Assembly: GCA_964247055.1 (NCBI GenBank) | Contig: OZ176054.1 | Coordinates: forward strand, 11,966,001-12,030,000 | Length of the DNA stretch: 64,000 nucleotides | Source: Paragordius varius | Lineage: Eukaryota; Animalia; Nematomorpha | Direction: 5' to 3' | Shown here: one piece after another, positions 1 to 13,973 of the stretch | How the letters are laid out: every line of letters starts with the position of its first letter | Position numbering within the stretch: position 1 is the first letter of the stretch | Made by a program: the position numbers and the translations under genes | The notes under the pieces: generated by a model | The model's input: the letters and a program-made list of their open reading frames with translations, nothing else | The model's database searches: none | Told to the model about the DNA's origin: nothing

Positions 1-3000
1 TCGATTTAACCATTTCATAGTATTCGCCTTCGGTTATGGCGAAAGAGGTCATCAGCGCACACCGCGTACGTAAATGATCGATAAATTTATTGGATGTTTG
101 ACTGAATCGAAGAATGTCTAGTGTTGTTGATTGTAAAGAAAAAATTAAAAAAGCTGTATAATTATGTACTACATTTTATTTTGAGGGTAATAATTATTAA
201 AATTTTTATAAGGTCTAAACTAGGTCAATTATTATCAAAACTAATTGAATTTCTCGATTTACATCTGTTTTTTTTGCATTTTACGCATATATTGGTTTAT
301 TTAGCCATTTTCTGCCCACATTAAAAATGAGTCAACATTGGGTTAATTATTTAATTTTACAATATCTGTACCCTAAATTTGGTTTGATTTTATGTACACA
401 AACAAAATTTTTAAACTTTACATATTATTCTAATAAAGTTATATAATTTTAACATTTTTTTTACAACCTTTCATGTTACAACAAACAGCAGGTTAGTCAA
501 TAATTGTATAACATCATTAATAAATAATAACATATACCAAAGTCATTTTTTAATTGAACAATATATTTTCACAAGCTTTATTTAAAATTGGAATAAATTT
601 TAAAAAAATATTTACAATATTTTTGTGATACACTTATAAATTTTTCAATAACCGGTTAAAAGCATTTTAATTTTACATTTTACCTAATATTATATATTTA
701 TACACAGTATGAGTAAGTATATATTGCTAGAAAGTTATAGTTATTGCCAAATAGCATAAGCAGCAAAGGGAATTATTATTGGTTAATAATAGTAAAAAAA
801 GAAAAAAATATCTAAAGTCAATAATACTGCACTTTGTTACATGTGCTATTTGGCAATGGCAATTAACTTTCTAGAAATATATACTTACTCATACTGTATA
901 TAACATATCATATTTAAATGGCTATGAGGTAACCAACTACCCCTTATAGGTTATAAAGGGTTGGTTGTCAAGTAACCGTGTTCAAATATTTTATATAAGA
1001 AAATATATGAAAAAGTCCACATTTAAATCCATTTTATCCTATATAATTTGATTATTATATTTAATTCTCAAAATATAATGTGTTCATTCACATATTAACA
1101 AAGGCGTCCCCATTATATACAAATAGCTAAAAAATATTTTTTTACCAGAATCCCATTGTATCTCCAACTCCTCGAGGTGTGAACAGTTTTGGGCCATTAA
1201 CTCAAGGCATTTATCGATAATGACTTTAGAATGGATTTTAAGGCAGCATGTACTTGGAATTCCAATAATCAAGATTCTTTAAATAACATTTTTTTTATTT
1301 AAATAGCTCAGCCTTTTTATATATGCGTATTTTATCCACATGGATTAAATTTGTTGTAATCAAATGGAAAAATTTTAAAAAATAAAAATAGAAACCCATA
1401 AAATTTCCCATCTAAATACGTAACAACAATATTTCGAATGTTAACATTTGCTATAATATTCTTAAAATTTAACATTACAAAATATCCATCAAATTTAAAG
1501 CCTATGTTAAATCTCACGTCAATCCTCTTTCATATGTGTACTACGAAATAATTTTGTGGATCAGTATTTTACGCATTTGATAAACCATTTATGTTATTTG
1601 ACTGGCAATAAAATTACTTAACATACATTAAAATGCATACTGTAATACTAAATTTTTGGCTAAAAAATATATCAAATATGGAATTACTAAAATTGAAATT
1701 TTAAAATTCTAATTCTTTATTATCTGAAAATGAATGAAGCCATTATATTATTTCTATTTATAAAATATTTTTAAATTATAGTCGCGCTAACTTACATGTA
1801 ATTTTAAAACATAAAACAATTTTTCTTACTTCATTTTAGATGGATGATGTATGATGTAACAACAAATATAAATTTTTTTGGAATAAAACATCATTTTTTT
1901 CCAAAAAAAAAGATTAAAATATATATAGAAATATAAAATATTACTTGCAATTTATGAGTAAGGGAATGACGGCATTCCAAAATGTTTCGGATAAATCATA
2001 TAGCCCTGAAATATCTAACCCTAAGAGGTTCGGCCCGATGCGTTTAAGTAATTTTATGAGCGCTATTTCATTAACATTCTGGCACCAGGATAAATTTAAA
2101 GCTTTAATCATTTCAAACGGGTACACCTCCAACAATTTTTCGAAATTCTAATTTGTTATATACATTTATCATTTAAAAATAAAAATTTAATTTAAAAAAT
2201 ATATATAAAAATACTTCCTTTTTCAATCTTTCCAAGTTTGAAGCAGCAAAATATCGTAAATACTTGAGTTTTGGCAAAATGGAGGCAATAACCTTCCCAC
2301 TCAATTCCGTGGAAGATATATCAAGCTCTTTGAGTTTTATCAGGTCCCAAGGAGCATTTTTTACATTTTCATCAGTAAGGCCTATTCATTTAAAGCGTTT
2401 TATGGTTAATACGGTTAATAAGGAGGGAATAATAATTATATCTGACATTTTTTTTAATTTGCATATGTTTCTAGAAATATAAAACGGAAAAATTTGTTAA
2501 TCAGGTGCCTAAGAAAATTTAACCCAATGTTTGACTTTAACAAGCGTGAAACAAACAATTTAATCATTTGAGTAAAATGATAGTCAACAATGCAATGATT
2601 GTACGCGGGTGGGACGGTATCATATGACAACATAATGTTTTTTTCTTTTCTTTACCAAGCTTTACAATTTATTGTAAATTATTTGGGATTTGGTTTTAAC
2701 TTTTCTAATATTCATAGGCATATATTCTTATAATGCATGCCTTAAACCAATGATCAAATCGTAGCCTACAGGCCGCATGCGGTTCTTAAAGTGCTTTTTA
2801 ATGCTCTTAAAGATAGGAAATTTTTTGATATTGTAGTTTGGAGTAAATATCGGCAAATAAGTCAAACTGTAAAATATTCATCGGTATTATATGTTGCATG
2901 AGGCCCTTAAAACATGATTAATTTTTTGCGGCCCATCAAATTTTTTTGGTGAGAATCTCTAACTTAAACTAATCTTTATAATCATTATATGGTTTCTACT

Positions 3001-6000
3001 ACTACAGTTTTGGTCTCATTTGTACACATCCTTATATTATACAAATTCTGATATGGATGAAAGTTATCCAACTTTCATCCATAATCTATTTTTTAATTAA
3101 GTTTATGACCAAGTTTAATTTTTAGTTGCTATTTGAGGTACTTCTTTTTCATAAAGTTTCCAACTCTATTACCGATTGTGTTAACCTTGGTGTTACAAAA
3201 TTACCGTTACGGTGACACATTCTATTTGACTAGTGACCATAAATTCACTAAATATATGGATGTTTTATCATTGTTTTGAAATTAATTTATATAAGCGCAA
3301 AGCTTGACAGAATGCTATAGAATTGTACGTACATAGTTATATACTCATTTGGGCGGCTTTTTACCCATAGATGTTTGTTAATATACCGGTAAGTAATTAA
3401 CTAACTAATAATAAACCCAATAAAAACTTATCATAAATTTTTTTAGGCCCCTTATTAGATTTTTCATTGAGAAAGTATTACCGGTTCCTAATTGAGCATT
3501 GTCAAAAATAAATAAATTAATACCAGTCTTTTCCATGAGTAAACATGTAAGTTTTTTCGATCTTTTTAGCAGAATTTTAAGGGCGGAACCCTTGAAATTT
3601 GTACAAAAATCTAAGCACAGGCACTCCAAGTGGATACATGTGGACGAAAGAGACTCAATATGTGAATCCTCCAAGAACTTGACACCATAACTATAATATT
3701 TTAATATATTAATAGATATTTATTATAATACAGTACAAATTGAAATTATATAGACAAAACGTAAAAGTAAAGGGCAGTTTTTTTTTAAAAAAAAAACCAT
3801 ATTTTGTAAACCTTGTTTTTTTTTCAAATATAACTCATCGTTTTAGGTTTACAAAGAGCTGTAAATACTCCATATCAATTATTAATTTTAAAATACTATT
3901 TTATATACTTTAATTAGGAAAATCATGGTTTAAAATATTACAAAAAAAATATTAGTCATTTAATTTTACATTTTGGCTGCATAAAATTAATTTTTACCAT
4001 AAATCAATATTAAAATTAACGTTGATAGTAGTAAATTTTAAAATCATACAAATTAACTATCCTTAGATTCGGTGTATGGGTTTTTATCTTGTGTATATTG
4101 ATGACTTCATAAGTCTCTTCTTCTCGGGCTTCGCTATTCTCATATGTGCCTATTCAAGAACAATATCAGATAAAAAAAGAAAAATTCTTAACCCCTTTAA
4201 TACAAATCATGCATTCTTGTTTTTCAATATATATATTGTATAATTCAGGCCTTGATATAAAATAGTGCCAAATATATGTATATGAAAAAAATATTAGAAT
4301 TGTTTATTGTAATAATTTTTACAGAACTAATAAATTTTTTGTGCAACTTGCGCCAAAAATTTGTCATATTTTTTAATAATTCAAGTCAAAGCATTGATTT
4401 AAAAGCTATTATATTAAGCAATCCATAATTAGACAATCTTAAATATCTATTAATATATTTTTCTTTTAACTGTTATGGTAATTGCAATTTATTTTGAGGC
4501 GTAAGCATTTTCAAATTCAAATCATAGTAACAATTAGTAACTTCCATGGCTTCGAACCGGTTTGAGGTTCTAAGAATTAAAAAACGGAACCAGGTTAGTT
4601 CCCTAAAATTAACAGTTCTGTAACCGGTTGCCTACAATTGGAATCGGTTCCATTTTGGTTTCTGACTTTGCATAAATGATTTTTATAAAAATTTTTATAA
4701 TAAAATAAACCAAATTATCAACGATTGTAAATAAAAACATAATTTATTTAAAACAATTAAATGATCGGTCACATGTATATGGGTACAAAGGTAGGCAATA
4801 GGTGTATTTGTATTAACTATCGCATTTATGAAAGAAATCTTTATTTAACTTTAAAACGTGGTCAGACGATTCGTTCTCAGATCTGAAAATATAATATTTA
4901 GTGTGGAAAAATTTCTTTCTATGTTTTAAACCGTAAAATGTACCGCTAATGTAACTTTACATGATAAAAGTTAAATATTTTTTAACTATGGCCAAAAAAT
5001 CCTAAGGACTGATTGGTCCGTGGGCCGCGGTTTGAGTACTACTGTTATACAGCGTGCCCATTTATGGATAATTAATTTATGCCGTTTGCTTATGGTTTTT
5101 TTACCAGATTTATTTATAAGAATAATGTTTCTTGATTTATAATTAAAAATAATCTACGTAAATAATTATGTTTGCGGTTCTATTCAGGTAAAGGTAACAT
5201 TATGATTCCATTTCAATTGGATTCGAGAAAAAAGTTTTATCATATAATCAATTCTTTTTAAAAATAATATGTACAAAACAAATTCTAAAATAATGATAGT
5301 CATTACATTTTGATGGGAAACCATAAAAAATGTCATTACAAATAAAATCAATATTAAATAATAATTTAAACAATCTGTGTTATTTTTTAAACATAAAACT
5401 ATTGGAAACCACTTATTTTGAAGGTGAAAACGAAACCTGTTCCTGCTGAAATCTCTGGGAACGGGGTTCCGGTTCGAAGCCCCGGTTTTTATTGATATAA
5501 ATTTAACAATATTGTAAAAATAAATTTATAAATCTATTGAATACCAATCAGGTGGAATGTTTGAATGCTGGTTAAATAACTGTATATTTTGCGCATAAAT
5601 CCTTCCATGAAAATAACATCGGATAAAAATATGCACAAGTACCTAAGCCGTTGAGGGAAGGCGTTGAGATCATTGAAATCATGTAACTAATGTTATGGGA
5701 AAAATATATGAAATGTAAGCGTTAATTCCGTTTTATCTAAACTGCTTGAAATCAAAAAATTTTGTTTTAATTCATAGAATGTTTCACATTTTTAAAATGT
5801 AGCCGGTATACAGCAGTTAGTCTACTCTTTCAGCCTTCAAAAATTGGTTCTGTTTTCTTATTCAAAAGATTGAAAGATTTGAAATTAGGCAATCGGCTAA
5901 TTTAATTATATTTTATTCCTCCGATTATTAAATGACGAATCAGTTGAATTTGATTTAACGAGTTTTACTTAATAATAAATAATTAAAATTATTATGTGAT

Positions 6001-7456
6001 CTGAACAACATATATTCCATAGCTCGGTGAATAATAATTTTATGTAACACCAAAATTAACTTATAAAGATAGCCAACTTAAACATATTTTTTGCGAAAGT
6101 AATTAAAATAGTTTTAGAAACCTATCCGATAATCAAGTTAGACTTATTTGAAGACTGAAAATAGTCAATGTATAGCAAATGAACAGCAAAATTTCCGAAT
6201 GAAATATATTGTCTTAAATTAGATATAGTTGAATATGCTTTTAATTATAACATTTACATTATATATTTTTTAAATTTATAAAATTAAGTGTCTCCTAAAT
6301 AAAGTATAATCGCTGTTATCAAAAACTAAAAGTCAAAAATTAATATTCTAAGAGAAAATTATATTATTTAATATTTCGATTTTCCCATAATTCATACTTG
6401 CATAGCAGATGAAAAATCTAAAGTTAATTGTTCCAATTTTGGACATTTTTCTGCAAGTTCCCGTAACACATTAGCGGTAATTAAATCGGTAGAAAGTTCC
6501 AAACTTTTTAGCTGTCCAAATCTCTCGTTTATCAAACGAACAAGGATATCTGGATCCGAAATCTAATTATATAAAGCCGTTCAAATAGTAATCACCTATA
6601 AAAAATATAAACTAAATGGTAAATATATTGTTTCGTAAAAAAATAAGTTTTAGAGACAATATGATTGATGCCGCAATCAAACATCTAATATAATTAAGGC
6701 TTTATATCTTTTGGGGTGTTCTATAGACCAATGTGAAATTTGAATATCTCAAAAAGTTTTTAAGATATGTAAATTTTTTAATCTGATACTACAAGCAAAT
6801 AAATGTATATTCATGGTTATAATATGTAAATTATAAACTTCAAAAAGTTGTCAGCTAAATTTTACCGGTAAAATGTAATATTGTTTATTTTAATTGTCAT
6901 TTGGAGATGTCCTAATTTTAGACCCTAGAAGTTAACTGGGAGAACAATGTTTGATAATTAAATTTTAACCAAAACGAATAGCAATGTAATATCTCGGGTA
7001 TAAAACAACCCCAAAATGCATGCCATCATAAAAAAATTGAAAATTAATTAGGTATTAAATAAATTTAAATTAAATATAAAATAGCTAATAAGCAACCAAA
7101 TTGAATTTTTTAATCAATCAATCAATCAAGAAGATATTGTTTATTCTTATTTTTCCACCAACTTAACCTTAGTTTTATAAAAAACATACTTCGATTCCTG
7201 TATCAGATTGAGGTCTGAGCGATATTTCATGCCATAAAACTGGATTCCTAACCAGCGTTCCCCATCGTTTACAAACCAATGGAATACGTATTAAATCATA
7301 CAGCTCTAGGTAACTCAAAATACGGAGCAATAATTTATCTGGTAACATATCTATGGAAACGTGTTTTTCAAAATGCTTTGTGGCCATCATCGAAGTATCA
7401 TCTTTGTTAAAATTATTGTTTTCTGGATGGATTAAATTATTTTGTATCACAGTCAT
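1..7456 (-). CDS. FipoQ: F-box/leucine-rich-repeat protein, FipoQ family (multi-exon; 3' end outside window)
   Basis: Phase-consistent GT-AG exons: 7190-7456 (ATG; F-box SIDMLPDKLLLRILSYL...CKRW...LWHEISLRP), 6398-6562 (RFG...LRELAEKCPKL...DFSSAMQ), 5545-5686 (LHDFNDLNAFP...VIFMEGFMRKIY), 4050-4149 (GTYE...YEVINIHKIK..TPNLR), 3524-3690, 2215-2381, 1945-2147, 1146-1276, 1-117 (LRFS...EGEYYEMVKS). These motifs are colinear with the insect FipoQ protein as I recall it. Confidence 0.85.
705..896. mobile_element. MITE with ~55-bp TIRs starting CAGTATGAG (Tc1/mariner-pogo-like)
   Basis: CAGTATGAGTAAGTATATATTGCTAGAAAGTTA...TTGCCAAATAGCA is mirrored by TGCTATTTGGCAA...TAACTTTCTAGAAATATATACTTACTCATACTG; TA lies on the right flank. 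Confidence 0.75.
2750..2940. mobile_element. Degenerate hAT-like MITE fragment
   Basis: GGCCGCATGCGG and GCGGCCC motifs are typical of hAT subterminal regions. Related pieces occur at 5020-5045 (rc CAGTAGTACTCAAACCGCGGCCCACGG) and 36130-36407. Confidence 0.35.
4548..5481. mobile_element. Non-autonomous DNA element with 13-bp TIR GGCTTCGAACCGG
   Basis: Perfect inverted 13-mers at 4548-4560 and 5469-5481, internal AACCGG/GGTTCC repeats, no ORF; lies in a FipoQ intron. Confidence 0.4.
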
Positions 7457-7668
7457 ATTATAGTAGAAAGTTAGTTACGAGTCATAGAATTTCGAATAAA
7501 ATATTATATTTGTACAAGAAAATATTAAATAAAAATGTAAAAAAACGCAAGTAAATATATCGGTAGTGTTATAAAGTTTGAAAAACCACATATTATGCAA
7601 TCCTTGCTTTCAAACCTCAAAAAATCGATCGCAAAATTTAAATTTATACAAAATCTGTAAGATGATTA

Positions 7669-7671
<3 letters not shown>

Positions 7672-7699
<28 letters not shown>
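7672..7699. repeat. (AT)n microsatellite
   Basis: Direct reading of the sequence; similar tracts lie near 26.47, 31.36, 33.90, 40.44, 57.29 and 57.56 kb. Confidence 0.95.
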
Positions 7700-7704
<5 letters not shown>

Positions 7705-10067
7705 TTTTGCATTGATTTTTATTTTTTATTTAGCAACGAAAAAAAAACAAAAATTAAAATAAAATAATTTTAATTCTGGAAAATATCCTTGTTATTCTGT
7801 ATCCTAAAGAAATTTCTTATATTGCTATTTCTAACAATGATATTATGAGAAAAAAAATAAAAATCACGTTTTGTTAAATTCTGACATGTTAAAATTAAAA
7901 ATTGGTCAAAATTGATAAAATTGATTATAAGGTATCGCTAAAATAATATAAAACTTTTAGATGACGCCAATATTTTTAAAATAACAGTAAATTTAGCCGC
8001 TACGTGCTTAATGAAAGGATGATAATTTTGGTTTGTAAAGTATTAAAATCCTAATTATTTCTAAAAAAGTGTTGATTAATTATATTAAAGTTAACTTAAT
8101 ATTGACTTAATATTTATAGGTCATAAGGTGTTCGATCAAATCATGGATTACGAATTGCATATTTAATACAAACTTTTCTAAAAAATCATACAAAAAAGTA
8201 GTATAAATATACACTATTTTATATCAATTAAGTCCTATTTTTTAATATTGTAACATGTCGAAATTTATTATAACCACAAATGTGATTTATATTAGATATC
8301 CTAAAAAAATTGAATCATTATGGTATTTTTTAACTTTTAAACACAGATAAATGATGAAAAGCGTTTCATTCCATAATATATATATTTAACTCCTGAAACA
8401 TTTTGCCTTGCATTTTTTATATGGATGTGACTCCATTTTTCTGAATTGGAAAGCCTGTACTGATCATAAAATTTAGTTTTCCCAAAATCCCTAAAACAGT
8501 TTTAGCCATTTAAAATCACAAATTATAAATGGCAAAAGGACCGTTACACGTGACAAAAGCAGTTAAAATACATTCCTGTGGCAAATTTTTTCGTGGAAAT
8601 TTAATTTTATAAGCAGATAATTCTGAATTACTTTCAAGTTATATAACAGATATATCGATTTCTACAAGTATATACAAACAGCAAAAATACGAAAATTGAT
8701 TGTGGCCACTAAAATATAAGTTATACACCTGGATGATTAAAATAAAGATAAAAGAACACACAAAAAATTAGGTTAATTTACTATGAAAAAAACTAAAAAT
8801 ATCAAATATTTTTTTCTGAACGAGCAACCGTGGTTTCAGTCATAGAAGCAAAATGGTCACTCTAACATCAATGCCAATATTTAATTATACCTTTATAATT
8901 AGTTGGCAGCAGTTTCATACCGAAAATTTGTAAAGAAGTAATAAAACTACATACAGTAAAAATTGTAAAATATAAAGACAATTTTTTTTTAAAAGATAAC
9001 CATACTTTTTAAATTTTAATAATAATATTTTTATTTATTGCTCAGTGTTCAAAAATTGGAAAATATTTATTAGACATGTATATTGGTAGCACAATCAATT
9101 TTATATATTCAAGGCGAATTAAATATTTTATATAAGAAAAACTAAGGTTTAAAAAAGTATGTTCGTCTTTAAATAAAAAATATTTGTCTTTTCATTTTAA
9201 CGTTTTGTCCGTATAAATTCAATTTTTACTGTAGTTATATATAACAACACATTTATGTGGATATGCTTGTATAAAAAATATATCCATATACTAATAAGCA
9301 TCTTTTAATTTAATTTTTCAAAATCTTAATTTGATAATAGATTTTGGAGATGGCTGTTGTTTTGTTTTAAATGTTGCATTTGACTGTTTTTACATAGAAT
9401 TCTTTTCAAAATCAAGTATATTTTTTGTTTTAATACTTCATCACATACTTTTATCTCCCAGAGCAATTTGTAATTTGAATATTTTTAAAATGTATTTAAG
9501 GTATTAGGCCGAATTAGAAAATATGCATTCTTTAGCCTTTGCGCATTAAATTTTTTTATAAAAATTGTAAAAAAACTCATCTCAAACTTTTCCGCCATTT
9601 TTTTCCCTTTAATTTTTTTAAATCGCTAATACAATGGGCATTTAAATGTATGTTATGGTTAGAAAATGTAAGTAATTAACTTTAGAAAGCTCTAAAGTTA
9701 CATTTTTTTTTATCTAAAACTCGATATTTATTGATTTTAAAATCAGCTGCTTAGTTCAATCATGTTGCAGAGCTGTCCCAATTTTAGAATCTACAAGCCA
9801 CGAAGCTGTAAAAAATAACGATAACCATTTTTTTCTAATACAAATAGTTTATTAACAAGATTGATCTGTGTGATATAAAATTACTTTAAAATGTCATCGC
9901 GGAGAAAAAAAGCGAAAAGGTGAAGTGCTGTTTAAGTTAGGGTGGTTATTTTATTATTATTAAAACAAATATCCATTGTGCTTTTTATATTTAAGTATTG
10001 GTAATTCCAAATAATTGAATTTTATGTGGTTTTGCTATCATATAAATCATGATACTCAAATCAACAT

Positions 10068-11018
10068 AATTAAAACAAAATTTCAAAAAAATTATAAATT
10101 ATGATAAAAACAAAAAATGTAAAGTGTGATGTCCGGTTGCTCTTTATTGTTTTTTCTTGGCGTGGTAAAAATTTTCATAATCTCTTCTTTTTAGGAAGTC
10201 TTTAGTGACCTTGTTAAGATCTTTTCTCTCCTCTCTTGTGTTGATGAGGTGGATACTATTTGAATAAATGAAACAAGCCTCCAAAATCAACCTATCGGAT
10301 AATCTGTCAGCTTGTGCTATAATGAATGCTAAAGCGAAGGCGTGACCTGTATTCCTGCAATGGTCGTAGACGCCGAACCTTTTCTATCGTAGTCTTTTTC
10401 TTTGATACTTAAAGAGCGTTTGGATTGTCCAATATAATACACTCAATCATTACGTTTCTTGTGGTAGACGGTAGAATCGTTTTTGGTTCTCAGGGTCGTC
10501 TTAACAAACTCAATAAATTCTTTGGTTGTTTGTAATAAACACGCACATGTTAATTTTTCTAGATGCATTGTTATAAGTCAGGCATAATACACATCTTTCG
10601 GGCGCGTTTTTCTCCTGGGTTTAATATATTGTTTATTGAATCGGTTATCCAATGCTTTTATAACTTTGATCTATTAGAAAAAAAGAGAATAGAAAAGGTT
10701 CGGCCATCTACGACCATTGCAAGAATACAGGTCACGCCTTCGCTTTAGCATTCATTATAGCACAAACCGACAAATTATCCGACAGATTGATTTTGAAGGC
10801 TTGTTTCATCCATTCAAATGGTATACACCTTATCAACAGAAGAGATGATAGAAAAAAACTTAACAAGGTAACTAAAGACTTCTTAAAAGGAAGATATTAT
10901 TTTGAAATATTAACCACTCCAAGAAAAAAAACAATAAAGAAAAACCACATGGACATCACTCTTTAAATTTTTTGTTTTTATTATAATTTATAATTATTTT
11001 TTTTCCTGTTTTTAATTA
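10068..11018. mobile_element. Degenerate Penelope-like element (GIY-YIG endonuclease 3' end) in an inverted, tails-out arrangement
   Basis: The minus strand at 10560-10140 encodes, with a frameshift, YIGQSKRSL...VYDHCRNTGHAF...DRLILEACFI. About 320 bp at 10068-10388 is inverted at 10690-11018. The plus strand from 10563 reads HCYKSGIIHIFRARFS, which resembles a PLE RT thumb. Confidence 0.7.
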
Positions 11019-11844
11019 ATCTCGTGAAAAAGATACCCTCATGAATCGAAAATTTTGGATATTGTTCAATTTAATAAATTTTACAAGAATTCAAATTATT
11101 ATTTTAACATAAAATATACGTTTTCGTTGACAATATTAAAAAAACAATTGATAAATTTTCATTGAGATTTTTTATGTATAAAAATGGATCTGTAACTTTT
11201 ATATATTATTTATGATTAATGCTGATATGAAACAAATTTAATAGCTGAATTTTTGCATGAAAATCAGTTTTTATTCCAAAACAATGGGATGATAACTCAC
11301 AAAATCAATAATTAAAAATATTTTTCAATTGTCAATTATATTTTAATGTGTTTTAGTTTGGTTATTTACACTATGTAATATTTCAAATATATACTTCATT
11401 TATAACATTTTAAATAAAAATAATTAGTATACATGATAATAGACATAACAAATCCACTATATACAGGGGTAATTGTATCAATTGAAACATTTAAAAATAG
11501 GAGGCTTATTGCCACACTTACAATTGATATATGTAACAAATCAATTAGCTCTTTAAGTTAATAGATTAAAAATAATCATATCCTAAATATTTCTGTATGT
11601 ACTACATAAGATTTAAGGTATATAAAATATCCTACTATTTATTTTGATTCGCAAACGTGAAAAAACCGCCAATTTGTCATAAAAAATATTTTATTACACT
11701 CCTATTTGGATTTTGCATCATCTATCGAAACTTACTTAAATTTTTTTGCTAACTTGCCAGAATATCATTTAATATTTTGTGGAAATCGAAAAATTTGATC
11801 ACCAACAGCGATTTAGAAAATTATTTTTCTCGTGACAAGGAAAT

Positions 11845-13973
11845 ATGCAATTAAAACCATCCCCACCCAAAATATCGATAAATGATATATCATTCGAATC
11901 GGAGTCAAGTTTTATTCATATCTATGTGACTGATAACACAACAGTACTACATAATCAACATGGAAGGCGTCGAAATTCTTTTTCTTTTATTCCGGAAGCC
12001 AGTGATTTAAACTATTCTGATGAAGAAGTACAGCCTATAGCGTCCTACAAAGATAGCGAATGGCCATCGGAAAAATTAATTCGTTCCATTTCAGACATTA
12101 GTTCCTCCCTATCAAATCTCAGTGTACCCGAAGATTTTCCAGTAAATTAAATTTTAGAGCTGATCAATATATTATAAATTTTGTCTCTTGTTAACGAATT
12201 TAGAATAAAAGTTTAGATAGAGATGTAAAATATATGTAGTTCTTCTTTTGAAAAAGATACTACCATGTATTGAAAATTTTTGATATACTAAATTGTACGA
12301 TAATTTAAATTATGATTTTAACCTCAATGTCTAAATATTATAACGAGATATTTGAATCCACTTATTTTATAACTATCCTTTTTATAAAGGCTAGATGATA
12401 AGAGGTTGAAAGATGGGGAATAGTTTATTAATACTCAATTTTAAACCAACGATTCTCAAATTAATAGTTTTCTGTTTAAACCAATAAATTAATGTTGCTG
12501 AAAAAATATTTCGAAATTAAAATACATATATTCATATAATAGTGTCAAATTTGGGAAAAAGACGAAAATGCAATATTAACTCAACAAGAAAAATACGAAA
12601 CCACCAACGCGTCATCGAATGAGCGGGTAGAAAGTAGGATCGGTGATATCGAATTATATAACTATGATTTCTTACGACTAGTTAGTAATTTATGATATAT
12701 TATTTATACATTGTATTTAATTATTTAAACCAGGCGACATTATGTGCTACCGGCGAAAAAAATTTAAAACCCTTAAAATTTTATAAATTGTAAAAATATT
12801 CGATTGCAAAATCGCGGTAAAATTAACTTACAATATTATAATTATTTTCATTGTTTAGAATGCGGCTCGCTGAGGCATTTGTATTGGGTATGTGTCCCTG
12901 ATTAACCACCAATAATTTTTTATTAATCAATAATTTTTTTGTCAACAAAACTTATAAAAGGCTTTATATGAGTCCTTGTAACATAAATTCTCGCGCTCCA
13001 ATATATTCGACGAAATTTTTATTTATATAAAACTTACAGTAAAAACTGAAATTATACGGACAAAACGTAAAAATTTAAAGACAAATATTTTTTTTCTAAA
13101 AGACAACCATACTTTTAAGCCTTACTTTTAATTATATAATTACAATTTTAAAATATACAATTAATTGTGTCCCAATATAGATATCAATTCTATAATATGC
13201 AATTTTAAACAATGAGTGATCATTATAATAATTTAAGAAGTATGTTTGTCTTTTGAAAAAAAAAATATTTGACTTTGTATTTTTAAGTTTTGTCCGTATA
13301 TTTTCAATTTTTTCTGTATGTATTTCATCCTTAGCTTCAAATCGTGAAAAATGAACTATATCCTCAATCGGAATCCCAGATGAATGAGCCCGATCAATGG
13401 AAGCTAAATAATCCAGGTATTGTGAAACACCTTGAAAATTGCCCAAAATTACATGTTCCAGTGCATTTCTTTAAAATGTGTGGCCTTTCTAATCGACTCC
13501 AAACTATTTTACATCACCAGGGGGATTTTTACAATTCTTTATTCCAAAATTATTCGAACATTGATATAGGGGATATGAGGAGCGGTGAATGTTCTCATAT
13601 GTTAAACCCAAAACAGCACAGTAGTATTAAAGAATTATGTCCGTTGTATGAAACAGCCCTCAAATATTACTATTATCTTCAACCGGTTCAAAGTGCGGAC
13701 CAGCTTGAAAGCACACCAATCAATTGGCAACTTTTCACCCAATGTTTCCAACAATTTATAGATTGCCTACCATATTTTGATGGTCAAAATTTTCCCAACA
13801 ATAATAATTTAATAAGTGATGGTACGGAAACAATCATAAATCAAGCAAATGATTTTATCAAGAGTAATGCATATATTGAGAATTATGATGGTAATATGAT
13901 GTCCAATACTGAAATAAATAAGGATTCTACTCATAATAACGAAGACGCCTTTGTTATTATAAATGAAATGTAA
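11845..13973 (+). CDS. Uncharacterised protein, ~368 aa, tentative 4 exons
   Basis: Phase-consistent model: 11845-12141, 12543-12684, 12859-12887, 13335-13973 (stop TAA), with AATAAA near 14018. The long ORFs have coding-like composition; I did not recognise a family. The two middle exons are uncertain. Confidence 0.55.

Noticed and set aside
5440-5490. GGTTCGAAGCC resembling a tRNA T-loop/B-box
   Set aside because: No D arm, anticodon arm or acceptor stem can be folded; the motif is the TIR of the 4548-5481 element.
10020-10070. Possible decayed hammerhead at the end of the PLE arm (TATCAT/ATGATA hairpin)
   Set aside because: The core nucleotides do not match CUGANGA/GAAA; too degenerate to call.
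12017-12050. CTGATGA as a hammerhead core
   Set aside because: No stem II or GAAA follows; it lies within a coding ORF.
12734-12816. Extra exon for the plus-strand gene (CAG acceptor at 12733)
   Set aside because: All frames hit stops before the GTAAAA at 12817, and the earlier donor gives a phase incompatible with the next exon.
13335-13973. Faint resemblance to Slob/PXK pseudokinase motifs (GSL..L, CGLSN.L, NIDI)
   Set aside because: The spacing does not fit and other kinase-fold motifs are absent; it cannot be supported without a profile search.
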